In this document: in pieces, positions 34,691-44,173 of the stretch | How positions within the stretch are numbered: position 1 is the first letter of the stretch | Layout of the letters: each line of letters opens with the position of its first letter | DNA from: Paramoeba atlantica | Taxonomy: Eukaryota > Protista > Discosea | Assembly: GCA_977017575.1 (NCBI GenBank) | Contig: CDRNVI010000043.1 | Coordinates: 186,001-250,000, forward strand | Direction: 5' to 3' | DNA length: 64,000 bases | Notes under the pieces: model-generated | Databases searched by the model: none | The model's input: only the letters and a program-made list of their open reading frames with translations | Told to the model about the DNA's origin: nothing | Translations under genes and position numbers: made by a program

Positions 34691-36265
34691 TTAGCACTCG
34701 AAAAGAGGAGAATCTAGAGCAGCCATTCCACTGGTTACCCCACCTCCGGAAGTTTGGGCAAACTTGGTGCGTATGAGATATCCACTTGACTCATTTGTTA
34801 GTACATTGCCTGTTTCGTGACTCAAATATATTCCGTAAATTCCAATTTCCGGAACCAGTAGCCCTGACTGCACACCATTTTTAGGGTGTAAAATATGCCC
34901 CACCTTTGTTACTGAGTCTATCTTCCTTGTTAGAAGGTAGGGAAGTCCCTTGCCACCGCGCATAGCTTGCTTCCAGCCCTGCAGTAATTTTGTCATTGCA
35001 TCTCCTGTAAAAATTTGTCCACTACCTTCGCGGTAAGACTTCAAAACGTAAGTCGTAGGAAAGTGTAACGCATCTTCCACTCCCTCTATTTCTTTTTCCC
35101 CTACTTGAAGAAGATCATATTGAGGCAACATGTATGAAGTGAGTTCTTCAATTTCGTCCTTTGACCAGTCTCCATATCTGAGGAGAAGTTCACGAGAGCA
35201 CAGTGCTTCTTGTACTTTTTTGAGAGTACAAAGATGGTGCGGTAGGGAAGGACATTTGATACAACTAGCACGCTCCACAATCTCACGGGCGTGCCAACAA
35301 TCCTCCGTGGGATAATCATTTTTGTCATAGCCGCAACGATAATATGCGACGGATACAGGAAGACCATCTGGCGTGCACAATTCTGGCATGGCGCAAAGGG
35401 AATTAACACGTTCTTTTCCAGTTGCGATGTCTCGATTGTGACGTAAAACGAATGACGTCGCCACCTCCGAAAGCGTGGCATAAACCGTTTGTAAACCGTA
35501 TTGCTGTGACAGTACTTCAGAAAGAGGAAAAATGTCTGCTAAGTTACGCTCATCAGCCTTACGAATAACGAGTAGAACGCTTAGCTTCGAGTTCACACGT
35601 GTTGCGTTCTCACGGCGCCATAGGTGAGTTGCCTCGACAAGAGCTTGGCAAACTTTACTTTGCGCATCGCACATAGCGACTGCGGGGTTAAGTACATTTC
35701 CCTCAGCATTGTTTTTATATTTCGAATGCGTAAAACGATGAAGCGCATTTACTTTTCCTGCCAGACAAATAAAGGCGCTTGCTATTGTGTTGAACTCCAC
35801 CTGTCGTAGCTTGTTGGTTGTCCTTTCAAGCATATAGTCATAGCGATTCACACATAACATCCATTTCTGGTAGGGCACCACTGTGGCGTGGGGGGTATTG
35901 GACGCAGAGTTTGAGCCAAATTTATCAAACTGAGTATCAGTTGGAGCATATACGGAGATGGTAATTGAAAGAAGTCTCTCTACAAAAGGATCTACTGTGC
36001 TCACGTGATATAACGTGTTGAGAAGGAAAGGTAAATCACGAGCTATGCGATCTAAAACGATATTATACTTTTCCGTAACGCGCACTGCCCCTTGAAGCGG
36101 AATACGAGGTAAACTCATAGGCTGCAAAGTAATCGGTACGTGCAAGCCCGTGAGTGAGCCTCTGAAGACATTTTCGCTAGGAAGATCAAAGCTCAAAATG
36201 CCGTGTGTCATTGCATAGAGTGACGCATCATGTGCACAGCTGGCGATCTTTCTTTTAAGATCCAT
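34691..36265 (-). CDS. GSS: Glutathione synthetase (eukaryotic type)
   Basis: RYDYM, QVEFNTIASAF, YYRCGY, KCPS, KKVQEAL, EIGIYG, GYLIRTK, GGGVTSG. Confidence 0.92.
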   Translation of the reverse strand: MDLKRKIASCAHDASLYAMTHGILSFDLPSENVFRGSLTGLHVPITLQPMSLPRIPLQGAVRVTEKYNIVLDRIARDLPFLLNTLYHVSTVDPFVERLLSITISVYAPTDTQFDKFGSNSASNTPHATVVPYQKWMLCVNRYDYMLERTTNKLRQVEFNTIASAFICLAGKVNALHRFTHSKYKNNAEGNVLNPAVAMCDAQSKVCQALVEATHLWRRENATRVNSKLSVLLVIRKADERNLADIFPLSEVLSQQYGLQTVYATLSEVATSFVLRHNRDIATGKERVNSLCAMPELCTPDGLPVSVAYYRCGYDKNDYPTEDCWHAREIVERASCIKCPSLPHHLCTLKKVQEALCSRELLLRYGDWSKDEIEELTSYMLPQYDLLQVGEKEIEGVEDALHFPTTYVLKSYREGSGQIFTGDAMTKLLQGWKQAMRGGKGLPYLLTRKIDSVTKVGHILHPKNGVQSGLLVPEIGIYGIYLSHETGNVLTNESSGYLIRTKFAQTSGGGVTSGMAALDSPLFEC

Positions 36266-36401
36266 GTCCGGCGTTTCAGTCTTGTACGAGACGTGACATG
36301 AGCAATTAGATGTTATGAATCTAGCTAATGTTTTAAAAATAAATTGCCGTCAAAGTACATGTATTTATTGAGGGAGATACTCCCTCCCTACCCCATATTA
36401 G

Positions 36402-36586
36402 TACTGTCCCCTCCCGTTTAAACGCACCTCGTTTTCCGCGAAAAATGCGCTTAAACGGGGGGTCTGAATCACTACGTAAAAAAAAAAATTGACCCCGCTT
36501 CGCGGCGCCGGGCTCTTTCCTTCAACTCTATGTGCGCTTAAACGGGGAGGTCTGACCGGGTGCGCATAAGGGGAGGGGGGACAGTA
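36402..36586. mobile_element. MITE, TA-CTGT family
   Basis: TA-ctgtcccctccc ... gggaggggggacag-TA. Confidence 0.75.
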
Positions 36587-36662
36587 ATAGAATTTCGCCC
36601 GACAAAATATTTTCAGAAAAAAGTTTTTTTTTTCGCAAAGAATCAAAGGCAACACCATAAAC

Positions 36663-36783
36663 TGAGAGTGTTGCCAATCCCTGGTCAGTAATCGGCCCAG
36701 GGACATAGCAACTCCCCATTATCTCGGGCGTAGTAAACACGCCTTGGCTTGCCTGGCACTGAGATCAGCCATTGGAAAAAAAA
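36663..36783 (-). repeat. 3' terminal segment A of the YR element
   Basis: 121 bp, reverse complement of 42258-42378 with a single mismatch. Confidence 0.95.
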
Positions 36784-37338
36784 CGCATTTTTTTCGTTAG
36801 AGGCCTCCTTTCTCAGCCCAGGGGCTTCCCACTTAAGGGGCCCGTTCCCACAACCAAGTGATCTCCCCGGCAACACGATTTCATTCGTGCGTCAAGAAGG
36901 CTGGGCTATGGGACCAGGGAGCTCTAGAACAAGTGCAGCAACTTGTGAGCCTAATTCGACATGAAATGATAGTGGGATTAAATTAGTTCATAGTAAAACT
37001 AAATTATACATTGCATGTACTGAAAACATAAAAAAGGAAAAATAACACGCGCATAGCTTATTATGCGATCTTAAAAGATTTTGTGTTTCAAAATATTTAC
37101 ATGGTCATAAACAAAAACCCAGTAAAAGCAAATTACCTGTAAATTTTAGATTCTCCATTTTCTTATTTTGTCGAATCATTCGACTCGAATGCTGACGGGG
37201 TTCCTACTCTCACTCTGTGCGTGGACCTTTGACGAGTTGGCTACGGATTTTCCGTAACTGGAGCAATAGAGATGAAAATACTGGTTCATTTTTTTAGTGT
37301 AGTCCATTCGCCTTCGCAGCTTCGTTTACTTGTCAATC

Positions 37339-37767
37339 TCAGATTATGATTGGGTCCATATGTGAGAGAGCGATTTCGATTCCTCCGGGCAACAGACCGT
37401 CTTTGACTCGGAATCCGAACTCTTCCCGCGTTAGGCCGTCTGCTGGATTCTCCTTAGATTTGAGATAAAAGATGCGAAACGATAGCCCAGTCTTTCTCCT
37501 TTCTTCGATGTCTAGGAGCTGCTGACAAATTGAATGTCGAACTGATGTGCGCTTTTGGAGTGCCCGCACAACGTCCATATTATCGCATCCTAGAATCACA
37601 TGGGGAGCAAGTTTCCACCCTGTGATTAAGGCGGCTTTTGCCGCAGAGAACTCAGCATCGTATATCTCCCGATACAAGTATTGGAATACTTTCTTGCAGC
37701 AAAATTTCTCCCGATTGACGGAGTACGCATAAACCAGTGTGGGTCGAAGATGCGTCCGAAAAAGCAA
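37339..37767 (-). CDS. RNase H C-terminal part of the YR element pol (out of frame with RT)
   Basis: IYDAEFSAA, LGCDNMDVV, SKENPADGLTR: DIRS-type RNase H E/D/D motifs. Confidence 0.85.
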   Translation of the reverse strand: MLFRTHLRPTLVYAYSVNREKFCCKKVFQYLYREIYDAEFSAAKAALITGWKLAPHVILGCDNMDVVRALQKRTSVRHSICQQLLDIEERRKTGLSFRIFYLKSKENPADGLTREEFGFRVKDGLLPGGIEIALSHMDPIII

Positions 37768-39094
37768 GAACGAGATGGGATATTGGAATTGGCGGTAATG
37801 CGCAACTTCTCTTGTTACTCAATATACGCACTACATGCATGCTCAAGAGCTTTAAGTCTTCGCTCTTCAATTTGTAAAAGCTTTCTTCGGATTGGTGCGA
37901 TATCTCTTTCGCGATCATTCGAACATCATAGACTGAAGCAAAGGAGGATTGGGTGACCATTGTATCCCACATGATCACACCTATCACCCTCTTTATGTCT
38001 CGCACGGTCGTAGGTGACACGGTTTCTAGTACTCTCCAACGAGCAATGTTAGATTCAGCGTGTTTCCAAAATAATTTGTCTATTTCCCAAGAGAACTCTA
38101 TTCCTAAAAATAGGGCTTGATCACATGGGCCGTCGATATATTTCCATTCGACGTTGCAACCCGTTGGCAGTCTCTTCATGCTTTTCATGAGTTGCGATCT
38201 TAACTGACTTAAAAAACCTTCGTTGCTAGATATGACCAACACATTGTCAATCCAAACAAATACTGCACCTTGTTTTGCTTTTGTCTTCTTATTTATCGCC
38301 CACGCGAATGCCGGAGGTGATTCAGATGTGTCTCGGACAGGTAACATCTCATGACCTGTAGGACAAGCCGCTAAAACAATTATCCATGCCAGACATTGGG
38401 CAAGATAAGGAGCCCAAGAGAACCCCATTGGGAGAACTCGCAACTCGAAAGTCTTGTCCTCGCATTTTATTGAGAATATGCGACCCAAGCCTGATGGGAT
38501 TCGTATTTGATGAAAGAAATGACGAATGTCCGCAATCAAGAATTTTCCACCTGGAAAGCATGATAAGATGTGTGTGACTTCTGCGAGAGCTGGAAAGTTT
38601 AGGCTAGGGGGAGTAGCGCATCTATCGTTTATAGGGGTGCCATCTACGATGCTCCGAGATGAAATTTCATCTTTTGGCACTTCAAAGTATCGGAAATAAA
38701 GGCGAGAATCATTACGAAAATCCTGAACTCTGCGCAGTACTTCATACGAACAAAGCTCAGCTAAGTGATCACGCCATTTTGCTTCAGAATGTACCCCAAG
38801 TTTCCCACGAAAGCCTTCGAATTCCGTGAAAAGACGAAATGAGTGTTCATCAGTGAGTATGGTAAGGCACTTTTTTCCCCACGTGTACGTGCTTCGAGAT
38901 GCAATAGCGCATAGAGTATCGATATGAAGACGACCTGCAACCGAAATGGGATCAAGGGCCCGTTGCTTTAGCGTACAGGACTTTTGGAGGACTGCACCAT
39001 ATGCCGTTCCATATGCTAGGTTGTCCGCGGGTTCGTTCACTAATACTATATTATATCCCAACGTCAAAAGACGAATAAACCTACGTTTATTCAT
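37652..39094 (-). CDS. Reverse transcriptase plus RNase H N-terminus (DIRS/VIPER-type)
   Basis: LIADIRHFFHQI, LPMGFSWAP, VWIDNVLV, FLGIEF, AFSDASSTHTG. Confidence 0.92.
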   Translation of the reverse strand: MNKRRFIRLLTLGYNIVLVNEPADNLAYGTAYGAVLQKSCTLKQRALDPISVAGRLHIDTLCAIASRSTYTWGKKCLTILTDEHSFRLFTEFEGFRGKLGVHSEAKWRDHLAELCSYEVLRRVQDFRNDSRLYFRYFEVPKDEISSRSIVDGTPINDRCATPPSLNFPALAEVTHILSCFPGGKFLIADIRHFFHQIRIPSGLGRIFSIKCEDKTFELRVLPMGFSWAPYLAQCLAWIIVLAACPTGHEMLPVRDTSESPPAFAWAINKKTKAKQGAVFVWIDNVLVISSNEGFLSQLRSQLMKSMKRLPTGCNVEWKYIDGPCDQALFLGIEFSWEIDKLFWKHAESNIARWRVLETVSPTTVRDIKRVIGVIMWDTMVTQSSFASVYDVRMIAKEISHQSEESFYKLKSEDLKLLSMHVVRILSNKRSCALPPIPISHLVLAFSDASSTHTGLCVLRQSGEILLQESIPILVSGDIRC

Positions 39095-39438
39095 TAGTAA
39101 TCAAATGGCGGAATGCATAGCTGTGCGCCACATAAGAAATAATCGTTGTACAAGACAAACTTGTACAAGACACGTATGATATCACGTAGAGATTTAGCAC
39201 ATTATTGGAGGAAGGTCTCATAGTTGTAACACTCGATTTGTAACGACTCTCTTTTTTATAGCTTCCAACTTCTTTCACTTAACGTTTCGACTTGAAAACC
39301 AAACTTTTAGTATCTTTAATTTAGTGAAACAAGTCTCCAAGGAACTAGTTTACATGGAACTAACTATATTATGAACTGATTACGCAGAACTAAGGTAGGA
39401 GAAAATCACGCGAGTGGCTTTTTGTTTCTTTCCGTTCT

Positions 39439-40320
39439 CTAATCATGCACTTGAGAATGCGGTGCTAAGTAGTGCTTCTGTCTCACCTGTCTCGACATGC
39501 CCGACAGTGCACTGGACATCATGTCAGCGACGTTTTCTACTATGGCCCCAGTACCACCATGTCTCAGAGTGTGAGTTCCATCAAAAGTCACTCCAGATGG
39601 CCATCCCAGTTCGGTGGATGCTCTTTTTACAAGTTTACTCGTGGATCTTTTCTTGTACGCCGGAAACGCAAGGTCTCCATGTGTTACGTCACGCAGGGCA
39701 TTTCGCACTTCTTCGGTTGCAACATGAGTAAGAGGTTTGCACCTTTGCTTATCAGTTGAGTAACTCTTTGTTTTATCGTGGCGGATGAGAAGATGAGACC
39801 AAGAGCCTTCTACACGCAAATCCCCGCCACGTATCTTCTCCACTTCACAGGATCGAAGAGCAGCGTAGTATTGCACGCGAAAAGCTCTTGCGAGCTGCGG
39901 CCCGTTAGCACGGGGTGTGACCCACCGTACAAGTTCGTGTAACATATTTTCTGATACATAGCCTCTGGGACATTTTTCTTGTCTATGCTGCTCTGCCTCA
40001 ACGGCAGCCCCGTCCACTGCCCGAAGTATGAGGCGGTCGCCTGCCCAGGGGCGTTCACCTGCTTCGAGGTCAAAGCTTTGACATTCCTGATAGAAGAGCA
40101 AGGCACTGCGGTAACCTTGAAAAGTCGATTTGGCGCATCCAACCGATGCGTGATGCCACAAAAAACATCCGAACGCTTCTTTCGTTATTTTTTCGAATCC
40201 TCGGTTCTTGCAAAACTTTCGTAAAGCAGCAAATCGGGCCTCGTACATCCTTCGCGTTCCGGGTGCAATCGACTTTAATGCCAGAGCTGCCAGATACCCT
40301 TCGCAAGAATCTTTCTGCAT
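39439..40320 (-). CDS. Tyrosine recombinase
   Basis: SIAPGTRRMY N-terminus; catalytic R (ALRSCE), K (HDKTK), HxxR (HTLRHGG), Y (KHY). Confidence 0.92.
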   Translation of the reverse strand: MQKDSCEGYLAALALKSIAPGTRRMYEARFAALRKFCKNRGFEKITKEAFGCFLWHHASVGCAKSTFQGYRSALLFYQECQSFDLEAGERPWAGDRLILRAVDGAAVEAEQHRQEKCPRGYVSENMLHELVRWVTPRANGPQLARAFRVQYYAALRSCEVEKIRGGDLRVEGSWSHLLIRHDKTKSYSTDKQRCKPLTHVATEEVRNALRDVTHGDLAFPAYKKRSTSKLVKRASTELGWPSGVTFDGTHTLRHGGTGAIVENVADMMSSALSGMSRQVRQKHYLAPHSQVHD

Positions 40321-40915
40321 CTAAAAGTATGCAAAAATACTCAATGTGTGTGATTACATGGTTTATTTACATATACCGTATGCAATCTCATATCTTCAAC
40401 GGAATGGCCAGTTTAATATATTTAACTTTCCATGTGTAAAATAGCGGATGAAATAACAGACTGCTTTGTTGTAGACACACTTATTCATTCAGTTCATTAT
40501 GTCTTATGGTTTCCCCGATTTTCAAGGAGAAACTGCACCATATTATGACTTACTTTTAATCTGGATGCCACCCATTTGACCCTTTTTGGTATTCCAACAA
40601 ATTGTGCTTAATGATTAGGCACCTACGTACTAGATACACTGTATGTTAATCTGATAGGAATAATTATCACACTTTCCCTCACTATACATGTATTACTTAA
40701 CGTCTAAGTAATGTGCAAAGCCCATTTTCTTTACACAATGTCTATGCTGTATAAAGGCGTCTGTTGTGTGTGAGTGTCACTCGTTGTATGACAAATACGC
40801 ACAATCCTAATGATCTGCACAAGCAAATAATAATATTCGTGCTCTATGTTCAGCCCAAACATGAATCTGATTAAGAAAAACTAAAACATACATCTATTGC
40901 CCCCAAGATCGGCAA

Positions 40916-41959
40916 TTACGGCCCCTTTTCATGTTTATTCTTTCGATCGTTCATTTCCCGAGAAATCTTTTCTGGCCGTTCTTGGCCTTTGACGAAACCT
41001 TCTCGATTAGAACGATAAGATCGAGGGGCATACAAATTTACTGGTCGCGGGCGGTTGAAATAACGCACATCCGGCCCAAATGTTCTTCTGTTGTTTTGGA
41101 CCATGCCTCCCCGTCCATAGCCTGAAGTACTATTTTGGAAGGATTTCGCCTTCAAAAGAGTCTCCGGTATAGTTACGGAGTCGGTCTCTGGGAGCAATCC
41201 GACGTTCTTGCGGCAAAGAAGAAGAGATTCCTCTTTCTTTACGTCGTCAAAATCGGCGCTGAACACAAGAAAATGAGCAGCGAGTTCTAGAAGGAAATGG
41301 TTAGCTGCTATTGATACCGCCTTGTTTTCTTGTGCCGCCTTGGGGGATACACCTTTTCCTGCTTGCGTAAGCATCTCCTTGAAGAAAATAGCGTAGCGGG
41401 TTAGAAGAAAGCTTTCGGCCCATTTTTGAAACTTCGGGTTGTGCACTGCCTCCCACAGTTGCTCTCCAAGGTGAGGACGATTCTCCGTGCCTGTCCATAC
41501 GGTAAGTTGCCCGTCCTCCTTTTCTCCTTCCCGTGCTTTCATTTTCTTTGGCTCCTTCGGGGGGTCCAGCATGAGGGAAACCAAAATTCCTCGATGTTCT
41601 TCGTTTCCAATCAAATTCTCGAATCCGGAGACGTCCTGTGTTCGGCGGACACCCAAAAGTTTGGCTGTAAAACTTGCTTTTTCACTGAGGGTTTCTCCCC
41701 TTAATACCTTTTCAACGAAATCCATGATTGCACTTGCGCATTCGTCTTCGCTGATTTCCGCCATAAATTTGACAAGGAGATTCACATCGACTGCGCGCTC
41801 AAAACGTAGAGAAATTTTTATGCTCGTTTTCGTCGAGCATGCCTGGTCGACTACGCTATCGACGTTTGCGTCAAAGTGGTGAGTGTGGCCGACTATAGGA
41901 ACTGAGCGGCTTTGTGAAGCTTGGGGTGAGGTAGCTACGGAGGGTCGTTTCTTCGGCAT
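40916..41959 (-). CDS. Gag-like ORF1 of the YR element (assigned by position)
   Basis: 347-aa ORF first in element order, with basic R/G/P-rich C-terminus; no zinc knuckle seen. Confidence 0.6.
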   Translation of the reverse strand: MPKKRPSVATSPQASQSRSVPIVGHTHHFDANVDSVVDQACSTKTSIKISLRFERAVDVNLLVKFMAEISEDECASAIMDFVEKVLRGETLSEKASFTAKLLGVRRTQDVSGFENLIGNEEHRGILVSLMLDPPKEPKKMKAREGEKEDGQLTVWTGTENRPHLGEQLWEAVHNPKFQKWAESFLLTRYAIFFKEMLTQAGKGVSPKAAQENKAVSIAANHFLLELAAHFLVFSADFDDVKKEESLLLCRKNVGLLPETDSVTIPETLLKAKSFQNSTSGYGRGGMVQNNRRTFGPDVRYFNRPRPVNLYAPRSYRSNREGFVKGQERPEKISREMNDRKNKHEKGP

Positions 41960-42257
41960 AAGAAATAAAATTTAGAGCAAGTTCCTACGCATGTTTTAAT
42001 AGATTAGATACGGTTGTGACTTATCCTGGTCATCTTTGCTCTCTCATTCTATATTCACCCTTTCTGTATTTCCACCCTCACGCTCGCCAGAATATGGATA
42101 CTTGCTGACTGCTTTATGTCAGCATATTCCTGTTTCTCTCTGTTTTCTCTCTCGCTCTTTTTCCTTACTACTTCAAGCAATCGGCGAAACTAATGTATTC
42201 ATCTATACATACGCCTTCTGTATTTTTTTTTCTGCTTTCTATTCTTTCGTCTTTCTT

Positions 42258-42421
42258 TTTTTTTTCCAATGGCTGATCTCAGTGCCAGGCAAGCCAAGGC
42301 GTGTTTACTACGCCCGAGATAATGGGGAGTTGCTATGTCCCTGGGCCGATTACTGACCAGGGATTGGCAACACCCTCATTATCACAGGCTTCATAAGCAC
42401 CTTGATACCGGGACCAAGCCC
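42258..42421. other. Internal complementary region (ICR): reverse complement of the joined element ends
   Basis: 42258-42378 mirrors 36663-36783; 42376-42421 mirrors 43872-43918; they overlap on TCA/TGA. Confidence 0.9.
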
Positions 42422-42819
42422 AGTGACAGGCATGCCCATTGGCACCGCAGATCAGTTCCCTCCTCCCCTTCTTGTCATCATTCTAGGTTTTCAAACGTGA
42501 GACAAAACTCTAAGGGGCGTGGAATCTGTTGAGCATCTTTTATTAGATACTTCACACAGATGCGTAGCCGTAAAGGCATTGCATTCGAAATCCGTGGAAT
42601 AATGAACGCAGTGCAAAACTGACCCGACTGCGCAAGTCGTATAAGGTGCGTCACACTGACGAATCCATTTTGTTTTTCTTTCTATCCATTTTTTTTTCTT
42701 TACTTCCAGTACCCTGGAAAGCAACACAGACAGCAGTGGTACTGTGTGATGATCAGCAATATTTGCTTACAATAATCATTAAATTTACGACTACGAGAAG
42801 CCAATCCTCAATGATCACT

Positions 42820-43488
42820 CGAAGTGAAGTGCCAACCGTCAGTCCCGAAGGACTTCGAGGCAAAGTATAACCACCAACCGTCAGTTCCGAAGAACCCCGA
42901 GGTGAAGTGCCAACCGTCAGTCCCGAAGGACCTCGAGGCAAAGTATAACCACCAACCGTCAATTCCGAAGAACCTCGAGGTGAAGTGCCAACCGTCAGTC
43001 CCGAAGGACCTCGAGGCGAAGTATAACCACCAACCGTCAATTCCGAAGAACCTCGAGGTGAAGTGCCAACCGTCAGTCCCGAAGGACCTCGAGGCAAAGT
43101 ATAACCACCAACGGTCAGTTCCGAAGAACCTCGAGGTGAAGTGCCAACCGTCAGTCCCGAAGGACCTCGAGGCAAAGTAAAACCACCAACCGTCAGTTCC
43201 GAAGAACCTCGAGGTGAAGTGCCAACCGTCAGTCCCGAAGGACCTCGAGGCAAAGTAAAACCACCAACCGTCAGTTCCGAAGAACCTCGAGGTGAAGTGC
43301 CAACCGTCAGTGCCGAAGGACCTCGAGGCAAAGTAAAACCACCAACCGTCAGTTCCGAAGAACCTCGAGGTGAAGTGCCAACCGTCAGTCCCGAAGGACC
43401 TCGAGGCAAAGTGTAACCACCAACCGTCAGTTCCGAAGAACCTCAAGGTGAAGTGCCAACCGTCAGTCCCGAAAGACCTCGAGGCAAA
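42820..43488. repeat. 78-bp tandem repeat, ~8.5 copies, inside the YR element leader
   Basis: gaagtgccaaccgtcagtcccgaaggacctcgaggcaaagtaWaaccaccaaccgtcagttccgaagaacctcgaggt. Confidence 0.95.
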
Positions 43489-43832
43489 TAATAAATTGTT
43501 ATTATAATAATAATAATCGTCGACCGTGAGTCACAAATTTCCTCGAAGTAGTTCATTTTGGCGCCGAACGGTATGTTTTCCCCGGTCAGGGCCAAAACGA
43601 ACCGGAATAAAATCACTAATTTAGTGCCAGGCTCGGTTCCACATAGCATGTCAACATGTAAATAAAATTTATATCCTATCTTTGGGTCGGAACCAAGGAT
43701 TATAGTGTGTATATTCAACAAACCTGTATGTTCAAACAAATCAGTATGTTCAACAAACCTGTATGTTTAACAAACGAAGAGATGGACAAATATATTAAAA
43801 AAAAAAGTCGTACCTTATCGTACAATAAAACT

Positions 43833-43905
43833 CTTCACCCTCACACTTCGTCTTGTTAAGAAGACGACGCCGGGCTTGGGACCGGTATCAAGCGTGTTTA
43901 TGAAG
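43833..43905 (-). ncRNA. Twister self-cleaving ribozyme (P1 type, with P5 hairpin)
   Basis: Minus strand: P1 CUUCA, L1 UAA, P2 ACAC, GC, UUGAUA, P4 CCGG, L4 UCCCAAGC, CCGG, P5 UCGUCUU/AAGACGA, P2' GUGU, GAGGG, P1' UGAAG. Confidence 0.93.
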
Positions 43906-44173
43906 CCTGTGATAATGATAGTTTTAAGAAAAAAAACGCACCTTTTGGACCACTCGAGGCACCCCTTCTTCGAAAGCAATTTGAAAACTCGAATTTCCCA
44001 CATACATGCTTTTTTCAACTGGAAGCGTGTGATACGCAAGACCGTAGAGGAAGGAGGAGGCGAAAGGTAAGAAGCAGAAGGCAGAGCCGGTTAATGACGG
44101 GTTATACTGCGCCCAATTATTTTTATTTTGCACAAAGTTGTACGCGAAGAAGTTTATATTATAAACTATTTTA

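Larger units (their letters stand above)
36663..43918 (-). mobile_element. Full-length tyrosine-recombinase (DIRS-order, VIPER/TATE-like) retrotransposon with 5' twister ribozyme and internal complementary region
   Basis: gag-like, YR and RT/RH ORFs; both termini mirrored in 42258-42421; TGA at both ends. Confidence 0.88.

Noticed and set aside
36895-36920. Twister at the 3' end (CUGG-UCCCAUAGC-CCAG)
   Set aside because: No UAA/P1/P2 or GAGGG partner could be placed
36663-42378. Reading the 121-bp inverted pair as ordinary DIRS1-style ITRs of a 5.7-kb element
   Set aside because: The right copy is fused via TCA to a mirror of 43872-43918, and TGA bounds 36663 and 43918; the ICR model explains both
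42376-42480. Second twister on the plus strand
   Set aside because: L4 is mutated (GACCAAGC), the T2 G is missing, and no P2'/GAGGG/P1' follows
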